64,000 bases of DNA from Eledone cirrhosa (Eukaryota). The notes under the pieces are model-generated. The model made no database searches, was not told the origin of the DNA, and worked only from the letters and a program-made list of their open reading frames with translations. The position numbers and the translations under genes are program-made. This document shows, piece after piece, positions 53,370 through 64,000 of the stretch (its first letter is position 1; every line of letters begins with the position of its first letter). The stretch spans positions 39,060,001 through 39,124,000 of the forward strand of contig OZ024749.1 of assembly GCA_964016885.1 (NCBI GenBank), written 5' to 3'.

Positions 53370-54535
53370 TCCTTTCCTTTCAGTACCTTTCTCCACCAAA
53401 GTTATGCCTAGCCTAGTATTTTCAAGAACTCTATCTGGCTGCATTATAAAGTCCCACAAGAGTTTCAAAGTCTGATTTTCTGGGACCTTCTCTAGTTTGT
53501 GATGACACCATTTCTCAGTGGTCGCAAATCCATAATTCTTGTATAAAAACCAATGGAGGTGTAAATACACTTTATCGTGACACCTTTTATATTCTCTCAG
53601 TGCAAGCATGCAAGAGGCACTCAGGATGTGTGTCTCACTTTCCACTTTCTTCTCACAACGTACACTTATTTGTTTCATCTGGGTTATACATGTTCCTTAT
53701 CATGTTTGTGTTTATTGCTTGATCTTGATCAGCAATTAATAAACTTTCTCTCCCTCTCTTAAGATCACCTTTTGATCCTACTTTTACTTCCTTTGTATCT
53801 CTCTCAAATGGACCATGTAATCCCACATTCTCCCTTATCCTCAGTTCTCAGTCAACAGCCTCTGTTTGTAATTCTCTTTACTTTCAATGGTGTCAAAGCA
53901 TAGGCCTCTGCTTTTGGCAACATACCTTAAAAGTTTTTCTTTACTTTATTACTGGCCAAATACGAGTCTAAGGACCTATATTTGTTAGCCACACAATCTT
54001 TCACATTTACAAGTCCTCAACCTCCTATGTTTTGTGATGTACATAGCCTGATGACATTTGCCCTTGTGTACAATGCACTATTGTCAACCATTTTCTTACA
54101 TGTTAGCCTATCCAACTTCTCTATTTCTTCTTTAGTCCAATTCAAAATAGCTGCACTATATCTAATAGCTGGCACAGCCCAGACATTGATAGCAGTAATT
54201 AAATTCTTCCCATTTAATTTCTTTTTCAGTAGCAGTTCTAACCTATTTAGATGGACTTCCTTCACATTTCCTTTCAGCTTCTCAAAACTTCTGTTTCTCT
54301 GCAGCCTCAGATATTCAAGACGTATTATACGGTCTTTGTTGTTCCCAGTAGGCACACCTTTGAAGTGTTATAAAAATGGAGGCTGGGCTAATGGTCTTTA
54401 ACCAGCCTTGAAAACTCTGAGATAGTACCTAGTGCTCCTATGACGATATGGAGGTCAATGATCTCATGACAGTCTCAAAGCCTTTCAGTTCCCACTTTAG
54501 ACCCTGGTACCAGTTAATTTTCTTCTTCTCCTTTT
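53370..54535 (-). mobile_element. R4/Dong-clade LINE fragments (RT thumb, CCHC and RLE endonuclease), degenerate
   Basis: KLNGKNLITAINVWAVPAIRYSAAILNWTKEEIEKLDR; ETHILS..REYKRCHDKV..LHW..KLLWDF.MQPDR; KEKKKINWYQGL..IVIGALGTIS. Confidence 0.85.
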
Positions 54536-54554
54536 TATTATTATTATTATTTAG

Positions 54555-55235
54555 AGTGGTGGACACTATGTTTCGTGCTATAGAGTTATGTCCCTTTACG
54601 TTCTGAGTTCAAATCCCACCGAGGTTAGATTTACCTTTCATCCTTATGGGGTCAATAAAATAAAGTACCAGTCACGCACTGGGGTCAATTTAATCGACTT
54701 TCCCCTCCCCCAAAATTGCAGGCCTTGCTTTGATTGGCAGTATCGGTAGAGAATCGAACGCCATGCTTTGCAGCATAGAGTTACGTCCCTTTGCGACCTG
54801 AGTTCAAATCCTGCCGAGGTTAACTTTGCCTTTCATCCTTACGGGGGTCGATAAAATAAAGTACCAGTAATACACTGGGATAATTGCTGGCCTTGTGCCA
54901 AAAGTGGAAACAATTGTTATTATTATTGTTTTGCGTGACTGGTACTTTATTTTATCGACCCCATAAGGGTGAAAGGTGAGGCTAACTTTGTCTTTCATCC
55001 TTATGGGGTCAATAAAATAAAGTACCAGTCACGCACTGGGGTCGATTTAATTGACTTTCCCTCTTCCCCCCAAAAAATTGCTGGCCTTGTGCCTATATAA
55101 GAAACCATTATTATTATTTCAATTCCCGCCGAAGTTGACTTTGCTGCCTTTCATCCTTACGGGGTCGATAAAATAAAGTACCAGTAATGTACTGGGTAAT
55201 TGCTGGCCTTGTGCCAAAAAGTAGAAACAATTATT
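54555..55235 (+). mobile_element. Cluster of nested SINE family 1 copies, including one inverted piece (about 54933-54985)
   Basis: Four repeats of the tcatccttacggggtcgataaaataaagtaccag core plus a reverse-complement copy. Confidence 0.85.
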
Positions 55236-55255
55236 ATTTTTTTTCTTCACTCAGC

Positions 55256-57024
55256 TTCTAATGCTGGAGATGTATTACAGTGTTAGCTGTTCACTACCAG
55301 TGAATTGAGGTAACACCCCTTATTTCTAATGCTGGAGATGTATTACAGTGTTAGCTGTTCACTACCAGTGAATTGAGGTAACACCCCTTATTTCTAATGC
55401 TGGAGATGTATTACAGTGTTAGCTGTTCACTACCAGTGAATTGAGGTAACACCCCTTATTTCTAATGCTGGAGATGTATTACAGTGTTAGCTGTTCACTA
55501 CCAGTGAATTGAGGTAACACCCCTTATTTCTAATGCTGGAGATGTATTGCAGTGTTAGCTGTTCACTACCAGTGAATTGAGGTAACACCCCTTATTTCTA
55601 ATGCTGGAGATGTATTACAGTGTTAGCTGTTCACTACCAGTGAATTGAGGTAACACCCCTTATTTCTAATGCTGGAGATGTATTACAGTGTTAGCTGTTC
55701 ACTACCAGTGAATTGAGGTAACACCCCTTATTTCTAATGCTGGAGATGTATTACAGTGTTAGCTGTTCACTACCAGTGAATTGAGGTAACACCCCTTATT
55801 TCTAATGCTGGAGATGTATTACAGTGTTAGCTGTTCACTACCAGTGAATTGAGGTAACACCCCTTATTTCTAATGCTGGAGATGTATTACAGTGTTAGCT
55901 GTTCACTACCAGTGAATTGAGGTAACACCCCTTATTTCTAATGCTGGAGATGTATTACAGTGTTAGCTGTTCACTACCAGTGAATTGAGGTAACACCCCT
56001 TATTTCTAATGCTGGAGATGTATTACAGTGTTAGCTGTTCACTACCAGTGAATTGAGGTAACACCCCTTATTTCTAATGCTGGAGATGTATTACAGTGTT
56101 AGCTGTTCACTACCAGTGAATTGAGGTAACACCCCTTATTTCTAATGCTGGAGATGTATTACAGTGTTAGCTGTTCACTACCAGTGAATTGAGGTAACAC
56201 CCCTTATTTCTAATGCTGGAGATGTATTACAGTGTTAGCTGTTCACTACCAGTGAATTGAGGTAACACCCCTTATTTCTAATGCTGGAGATGTATTACAG
56301 TGTTAGCTGTTCACTATCAGTGAATTGAGGTAACACCCCTTATTTCTAATGCTGGAGATGTATTACAGTGTTAGCTGTTCACTACCAGTGAATTGAGGTA
56401 ACACCCCTTATTTCTAATGCTGGAGATGTATTACAGTGTTAGCTGTTCACTACCAGTGAATTGAGGTAACACCCCTTATTTCTAATGCTGGAGATGTATT
56501 ACAGTGTTAGCTGTTCACTACCAGTGAATTGAGGTAACACCCCTTATTTCTAATGCTGGAGATGTATTACAGTATTAGCTGTTCACTACCAGTGAATTGA
56601 GGTAACACCCCTTATTTCTAATGCTGGAGATGTATTACAGTGTTAGCTGTTCACTACCAGTGAATTGAGGTAACACCCCTTATTTCTAATGCTGGAGATG
56701 TATTACAGTGTTAGCTGTTCACTACCAGTGAATTGAGGTAACACCCCTTATTTCTAATGCTGGAGATGTATTACAGTGTTAGCTGTTCACTACCAGTGAA
56801 TTGAGGTAACACCCCTTATTTCTAATGCTGGAGATGTATTACAGTGTTAGCTGTTCACTACCAGTGAATTGAGGTAACACCCCTTATTTCTAATGCTGGA
56901 GATGTATTACAGTGTTAGCTGTTCACTACCAGTGAATTGAGGTAACACCCCTTATTTCTAATGCTGGAGATGTATTACAGTGTTAGCTGTTCACTACCAG
57001 TGAATTGAGGTAACACCCCTTATT
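55256..57024. repeat. 68-bp minisatellite, 26 near-identical units, made from the 3' UTR of an R4/Dong LINE
   Basis: Period 68 (atgctggaga at 55261, 55329 ... 56281); only a few variant bases; abuts the element stop codon at 57020-57022. Confidence 0.95.
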
Positions 57025-57157
57025 TTTCGAGTACTCTCCGAAGTATTCAAGCTGTTCAAAGCAATGCTGTTTTCTGTAAGTGTTCCATCTATATTGCAAT
57101 CCCTATTTATTTGATCTACTTCTCAAGATTTCTACTCAATGTTCCCAAGACTCCAAC

Positions 57158-57160
<3 letters not shown>
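57020..57160 (-). mobile_element. R4/Dong LINE C-terminus next to (TAA)n
   Basis: IIVGVLGTLSRNLEK*IK*IGI..MEHLQKTALL*TA*ILRRVLEK*. Confidence 0.8.
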
Positions 57161-57188
<28 letters not shown>

Positions 57189-57189
57189 G

Positions 57190-57416
57190 CATTTATCCTG
57201 CTTTATGTTCATACGAGTTATCACCAAGTCACAACCAGTGACCTCAAGAGACAACAAGGTCCGCCATGTTCAAGAAAGAACATACATACACACACATGCA
57301 TCTTTAGGTGTTTAGACTTGTGATGTACTTATATTGACAGAATCTTCCTTAGTATATGGGCAGTCCCCATTAGTCCTATCTTTTGTATTTCTGCTATATG
57401 CGGGTTTCCTGGGAGT
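57190..57416 (-). mobile_element. Second R4/Dong-type 3' end between (TAA)n tracts
   Basis: LPGNPHIAEIQKIGLMGTAHILRKILSI* followed by a 3' UTR ending at (TAA)n. Confidence 0.75.
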
Positions 57417-57443
57417 AATAATAAGTAATAATAATAATAATTA

Positions 57444-57490
<47 letters not shown>

Positions 57491-57536
57491 TCATTATTAT
57501 TATTATAAAAAATAAAAATTAAAAAAAATAAAGAAA

Positions 57537-57577
<41 letters not shown>

Positions 57578-57983
57578 GCTCAAATCCCGCCGAGGTTGAC
57601 TTTGCCTTTCATCCTTACGGGGTCGATAAAATAAAGTACCAGTAATGCACTGGGTAATTGCTGGCCTTGTGCCTAAAGTAGAAACAATTATTATTATTAT
57701 TATTATTCCTGTAGAAACCAGACAGGTCTCACACTTCTCCATATATTTCTAAAGAGTTGTTTATTTGCTCATTTACAATGCTGCTGTTGTTCTTATATAT
57801 ATAGATTTGTTATACATGATGTTGATTCAATGTGAATAGAGAGGGGAAAAGAGGAAGAGGGGGAGAGGGGAGACCAGTCAATCTAGATTTGCCAATCCCC
57901 CATATATGGTTAGACTAATTAACAAAAGCATACTGTTTACAAATATTGGTGGAAAAAATAATTTCCCAAAATAGTGCTGCAGA

Positions 57984-58049
<66 letters not shown>

Positions 58050-58529
58050 GTGATGGTGGTGGTGAAGAGGAGGAGGAGGGGGTGATGATAATAGAATTAC
58101 AGAAAGAGGCAGAAGGGTGCCACCTCCCGTCCATACTCACTAGCAAACAATGGCCCCTTCCTCTACCTTTTTGTTTAAAGAGGAAAGACAGTGCCAGCAG
58201 ATAGCAAACATGGAGCTGTGCCTCCAGAATGAAACATCTGATGGTCTGGTTGTGTGTTGTCCTTGGAGAAGAGGCCACAATCCTGAATATGAAGAAATAC
58301 TCCCAGAAAAACTGACTTGGAACTCCTGAGCCATGTAAGACCAGAAAACCTAGACAAGATTCCCGACCAGAATGATCTCTCTAATGACACCTAACTATAT
58401 GTTGTGGTTGAAGGTAGAGGAACTTTGTGCCACATGTGTGGTAGCATCAACCTCCTGTTGACCTATGTCAAACAGAACGCAAAACAACATGGACCCACAC
58501 TACTACCGATATTGTAACTACATCAACAA

Positions 58530-59050
58530 CATCAACACCAAGCAACAACTGCAGCTGCAACTATGACTTTAAGTACAATAGTAACATTATACTCAACATT
58601 CAAGATAACAACATCATGAATTAAAACCACAACCACAGAAATAAATCCAACAAAAGGAAAATTCAGAACCACAACAATAACAGCATAAACAACAACAAGA
58701 ACAACTTGAATAGCTTCATAAATAACAACATAAACAACAGCATAAATACAACAATAACAACAATAAGCAACAGCATAAATAACAAAAGTAACAACAATAA
58801 CATAAGCAACAACAACAATAACAACATAAATAACAACAATAACAATAGCAACATGAGCAACAACAAAAGAAAACAAGAACAACATAAGCAACTACACCAA
58901 CAATAAGAAAATACACAAACACATATGATAACAACAACAACAACAGTAAAAATAATAACAATATAAATAAAAACAGCTAAACCTGCAACTAATAGGAAAA
59001 TACAGAAACATGCATACAACAACAACAGCAAGAACAACAACAATAACAGC
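58530..59050. repeat. (AAC/AAT)-rich low-complexity tract
   Basis: Direct inspection. Confidence 0.85.
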
Positions 59051-59227
59051 CATTTACATAGTGACCACACATCTCCAACTTCATTGTTGTAAATATATAC
59101 AACAATAGAGAGAAAAGGAATTTGAGACAGAAGACAAACAAATATTCAAACTAAAAGGGAGAGAGTGGTGGGGGATATGGTGGAAATCTTGGTAAAAACA
59201 GATATAATGGTTTTACATGCCACATTG

Positions 59228-59606
59228 GGGGCACATGGCTTAGTGGTTAGAGCATTGGCCCTGCAACCGAAAGGTTATGAGTTCAATTCTCAGACCGGGT
59301 GATGTGTTGTTTCCTTGAGCAAGACACTTTATTTCACATTGCTCCAGTTTACTCAGCTGTAGAAATGAGATGATAGGACTGGAGTCCATATCATTCCACT
59401 GCAAAGTGGTCGTGGAGGTGCCACGGCAAAAAAGCACCCAGCCCACACTGTAAAGTAGACATGTAGGCGCCATGGAAAAAAAGCACCCATCACTCACTGT
59501 AAATGACGTTGGTGTTAGGAAGGGCATTCAGCTGTAGAAATCAAGCCAGAGTCAGTTCCTGTCCTACTCTTGCAAGCAGGGAAAAGCGGACGTAAAATGA
59601 TGATGA
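59228..59606 (+). mobile_element. SINE family 2, full length
   Basis: A-box tggcttagtgg, B-box gagttcaattc, CORE-like box, duplicated aaaaaagcaccca..cactgtaaa unit, tail ggacgtaaaatgatgatga. Confidence 0.88.
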
Positions 59607-60259
59607 TTGTTTGTAAGTCAGATTAGACTGATGACTTGGGGCCGTGGAGAGACTAGAGACACTGTAGGGACTTGGGACTCTGTAAGGACTAAGATCTATG
59701 GTTAGACTAGGGCTGTACGAGGATTAGGGGCTGTGGAGAGACTAGAGACACTGTAGGGACTAAGGACTCTGTAAGGATTAGGCTCTATGGTTAGACTAGA
59801 GCACTGGAGAGACTAGGTGCCCTGGAGAAATTAGAGGCCTTGGTAGGACTAGGTTATTTGCAGTGTCTAGGGTCCTAGGGAGTCTGCAATGAATAGGGAC
59901 CACAGAGAAACTAATGAAGGACTAGATTACTGTAAAGACTAAGGATTTGACAATATATTTTTCCAGCTGAGACAGTTACCTGCTCCCTAGAGCTCCAGTG
60001 GTTAAAGCCATTCTGCACTCTGAAGCAATACATATACATATAGTATGTCCATATATATTCATCTCGCTCCCTATATATACTCTCATAAATATGCTATATA
60101 TATATATATATATGCTATATATATATATTGTTTAGAAAATGTAAGAGAAACACAAACATAAGGACAATTCTCGCTCTTCAGCTATCTGGTGTGGGTTGAT
60201 GGTATTTCAATACATTATAGACAGTACATCTCATCACAGTGCATTAATAAATACAAGGG

Positions 60260-60447
60260 TGGTGAATTGGCAGTATCGGGAGAGAGTCGGACGCCATGCT
60301 TTCCAACATAGTTACGTCCCTTTACAATCTGAGTTCAAATCCGGCCGAGGTTAACTTTGCCTTTCATCCTTACGGGGTCGATAAAATAAAGTACCAGTAA
60401 TACACTGGAATAATTGCTGGCCTTGTGCCTAAAATAGAAACAATTAA
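60260..60447 (+). mobile_element. SINE family 1, near full length
   Basis: Head ttggcagtatcgg..gagttcaaatcc, then the shared core and tail. Confidence 0.85.
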
Positions 60448-60946
60448 TAAGTACAAGGTATAGTTTTTAGGGAAGGAAACAACAACAAAAAAAAACAAAC
60501 AGAGATGATAGCAAAGAGAACGACAGAAAAAGAAAATAAACAGAAGAAAAAAAACAGGAGAAGAACATACCGATAGCGATGGGCAACACGAGACAATACC
60601 CATTTTTTTCCAGTCAATGGGTTTATACTCCCTATTATTATACTAGAGGGTGACCACAAAAACACTCCTTGATTTCAAATACTTATAATATGAAAACTTA
60701 AATGAATATTCTTCCAATATTGGTGGCTACAATTACATAAACTAACAAAGTTTCATGTGGTATTTGTTGATATCATAGACACTCCATGTGTGCCCCTTTT
60801 GTTTTTTAGCAAACATCAATGCGATAATCAAGCTCGCAGTATTTTTTGGCGGCCACCCTTTTATTTTATTTACTCAAAATATTACAGCCAAGCTTCTATT
60901 TCTATTTCAATTCAAAACTGCCCTGGCTGTGTTCCAAACATACTTC

Positions 60947-61033
<87 letters not shown>

Positions 61034-61418
61034 CGTGTGCGTGTGTGTGTGCGTGTGCGTGTGTGTGTGTGCGTGTGCGTGCGTGTGCGTGTGTATATGC
61101 ATTACTTTAATACCATATTGATAATTCCATTTGACAATTTATTGAATTAATAAAATATACTGTATCAGTGTCAGGCTGTTAACTGTAGTGGGGGGTGAAA
61201 TATCTGAAGTTCTAGGGGTCTAATCATAGGTTAATAGAGTTCAGACTGACAGATGTGGTGGGGTGAAAGATTGAGGTGCCAGAGATTGCTTGAAATATGT
61301 AAAAACCAAGGAGCCTAACTGTATGATAATATGACCTGGAGTTTGAGTGAAAACATCACCTGAAAATCCCCATATAAGTTAAGCATAGTGATATGATTAC
61401 TAAACTCCCCCAGCCACA

Positions 61419-61690
61419 TTGTAGAACAGAGGTCCTCAAACTTGTTGCCCCCCCCCCCCCTCCCTCACAGCCACATAATACCCTCAGCACCCCCCACTCT
61501 TATTTCCAAAGTGACCTGCCTACATGCAAATTGTAAATAATATAAAATAAATAAAATCGTTAATTTATATATGATAAATAATATAATATATACTATGTAT
61601 AAATAAATATTATGTATTTTTTATTTTACTATATATATATGTATCAGTCGATATTTAATATCGCCCACTTTGAGACCCTCTGTTGTAGAA
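61419..61690. mobile_element. hAT-type MITE with 8-bp TSD
   Basis: ttgtagaa TSD at 61419-61426 and 61683-61690; termini cagaggtcctcaaa / tttgagaccctctg. Confidence 0.8.
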
Positions 61691-62177
61691 TGTTTTCAAA
61701 ATCATCCAAAATTGCTGGGCGGTATCTTTCATGACTTTTTCAGGAATAAGTGGGCGAAGAAGAAGAATATCTTTTATTAGAAGTATGGTAAGGAAAAGGT
61801 TAAATTAAGGCTATTGTTCTATTGTTCATGAATGTGTGCCATTTATATAGAAACTACTTCTCAGAAGAGTAGGAGTAAATAAGTCCCACAGGTAGGTGTA
61901 GGCTTGGAAATATGCAGAAAAACAACTATGGAAATAGAATTAAAACAGAGAAAACAAATTTGCTCACATCTGAGAGAATTAAGTTTTGTGTGTGCTGAGA
62001 CAGGAAGTTGAGATTATGAGTAAATATTCATTTCTGGTGCCACACTAGTAGTTATTACATTAACCCTTTTGTTACCATATTTTTAATGAAAGAAAACCAA
62101 TACCTAGAACTTTTGAACTCTTTTTAAAATAATCAAGTATCTTAATAGATTTTGTAATATAACTAAATTTCTCCTGT

Positions 62178-62309
62178 GGAGAAAAATTCAGTTTTGCTCT
62201 TGGAGAAGAGAAAGTCATCGAGACATGGGATCTTGGTGTAGCTACTATGAAGAAAGGTGAACTTGCTCGTTTGACATGCAAATCTGAATATGCTTATGGA
62301 AAAAGAGGT
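62178..62309 (+). pseudogene. FKBP-type PPIase (FKBP4/5-like FK1 domain) fragment embedded in MITE family B sequence
   Basis: [44 protein letters not shown] versus FKBP4 [40 protein letters not shown]; no convincing splice sites at the homology boundaries; not in the ORF track. Confidence 0.8.
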
Positions 62310-62942
62310 TGTTACCATAATGTTAATAAGTGTTGTTACCATAATGTTAATAAAAGACAATACCTAGTACTTTCAAATCCTTTTGAAAATAATTAAGAAT
62401 CTGGATAAATGTAATAATTGTTTCTACTTTTGGTACAAGGCCAGCAAGTTAATTTTACTGAAATTCAAGAGAAAAAAGAATAGGTGCAGGTATGGATGTG
62501 TGATTAAGAAGTTTACAAATAAAAAATAAATCTGGTTGGAACACTGAAGAACCTCACAAGGGAGATAATGAAGGAAGGTGATAGATGGAAGCAAACAGAA
62601 GTAGTAGAAGACCTGTCCAACTCATACAGGCATGAACAAGTGAACATGATGATGATGATGATGATAATATATACAAGAAATAGTTTTATGTATGTTAGTT
62701 GGAGAAATATGAGTTAAGACCAATATCTCTAGATGTTGACAGATATCTAAATATGTAGTTCCTTTTGTTAGTTCTTTTGTTAGAAACAGCAGACAATAAC
62801 TGCCTTTCCTCCACCCCACACAGAGCGAGCAGACAATAACTATGTCCCTCACCCCCCACAGAGACATAATAACTTCCATTATCTTTAAGATAAATTGATT
62901 GAACTTGATCAAACAAGTTGAGTCACTAACATCGGTGTGCTG

Positions 62943-62979
<37 letters not shown>

Positions 62980-63021
62980 CAGCAGCAGCAGTACAGGCAG
63001 TGGCAACAGCATTATTATTAT

Positions 63022-63412
63022 TGGATTGACTGTATCGGTAGAATGTTGGACACTCTGCTTCGTGGCATAGAATTACGGCCCTTTGTATTCTGAGTTCAAA
63101 TCCTGCCCGAGTTAGCTCTGCCTTTTATCCTTATGGGGTCGATAAAATAAAGTTTTAGTAATGCACAGGGGTCAATTTAATCGACTTTCCCTTTCCCCCA
63201 AAATGGTTGGCCTTGTGCCTGCGGTGGATTGGCAGTATCGGTAGAGGGTCGGACGTCATGCTTTGACGTATAGAGTTACGGCCCTTGCCATTCTGAGTTC
63301 AAATCCCGCCGAGGTTAACTTTGCCTTTCATCCTTAACGGGGGTCGATAAAATAAAGTACCAGTAATGCACTGGGTAATTGTTGGCCTCGTGCCAAAAAG
63401 TAGAAACAATTA
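63022..63412 (+). mobile_element. Two tandem SINE family 1 copies
   Basis: Head plus core repeated at about 63022 and 63225. Confidence 0.85.
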
Positions 63413-63426
63413 TTTTTATTATTATT

Positions 63427-63459
<33 letters not shown>

Positions 63460-63870
63460 AATGTTACTGCTACTACTATTACTACTAGTTGTAGTAGTAG
63501 TAGTAGTAGTACAACACCAACAATGCTAACATTAACCAAACCAACCAGTCAAGACATGTTAACAATATCCCTTTTATTGTTACTACTTGATATCTCATTA
63601 AATATTGGACTCAAATCTTCATCCTTCATTTATTTTTTTTTCTTCTTTCGTACTTAACTGCTTTACCCCTCCTCCCCCCCCTCACCTCACCAGCAGTACC
63701 AATCAATAGAATAATTATTCAATTCACTATACCTCACACCCCGCCCCAGAACTGAGACAAATTTAGAAATTGTATTGAAGTACTTTTAGCAATAGGGAAT
63801 GAGAAGAGAGAAGATTTCAAAAAAACATTCTTATGTACTAAATACACATATGGTAGTCTCATATACTGTG

Positions 63871-63950
<80 letters not shown>

Positions 63951-64000
63951 AACGAGTAGGACCCCGACGGCTGAGCTCAAGCCGTTTCGACGGCTAGTTC

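Noticed and set aside
55256-57024. CRISPR-like arrays (also 2443, 17105, 39314)
   Set aside because: No unique spacers, no cas genes, eukaryotic context; plain tandem repeats
58100-58500. Possible exon or LINE fragment in a moderately GC-rich unique stretch
   Set aside because: No recognisable motif in any frame and no convincing splice pair
59228-59300. tRNA genes (also about 7260-7330 and 8980-9052)
   Set aside because: A/B boxes continue into SINE bodies; no complete cloverleaf or T-run terminator
59638-59945. Degenerate 20-bp gactag-rich repeats; also about 34-bp gatacagtgtacctat repeats at 46200-46290 and 50995-51190
   Set aside because: Old decayed minisatellites with no further structure evident

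Overview
Eukaryotic, very AT-rich and microsatellite-rich animal DNA. The SINE/LINE repertoire and (TA)n load suggest a mollusc, probably an octopod cephalopod (inference). One protein-coding gene can be assembled on the + strand: a Shank/ProSAP-family postsynaptic scaffold with six in-phase GT-AG coding exons (12450-13825, 36010-36083, 36992-37113, 37624-37795, 38620-38709, 41765-45204; 5274 nt, about 1757 aa). It has a Shank-type PDZ, a proline-rich region with Homer/EVH1-type motifs and a C-terminal SAM. I found no ankyrin or SH3 exons in the window; a large, low-complexity first coding exon sits in their place. The rest is repeat: tRNA-headed SINEs; RTE, R4/Dong and CRE-like LINE fragments; TTAA (piggyBac-type) and hAT MITEs; Penelope-like hammerhead/hairpin relics; a roughly 10 kb compound (TA)n field; and many minisatellites, several visibly born from pieces of transposons. 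Most notable: the ankyrin/SH3-less Shank architecture, an FKBP4/5-like coding fragment sandwiched in a TTAA MITE, TE-derived minisatellites (some carrying splice-site consensus in most or all units), a head-to-tail dimer of a bipartite RTE element, and a family of hairpin/hammerhead-relic elements in (TA)n. Most ORFs in the supplied track are repeat artefacts. No database searches were possible, so family assignments come from recalled motifs.
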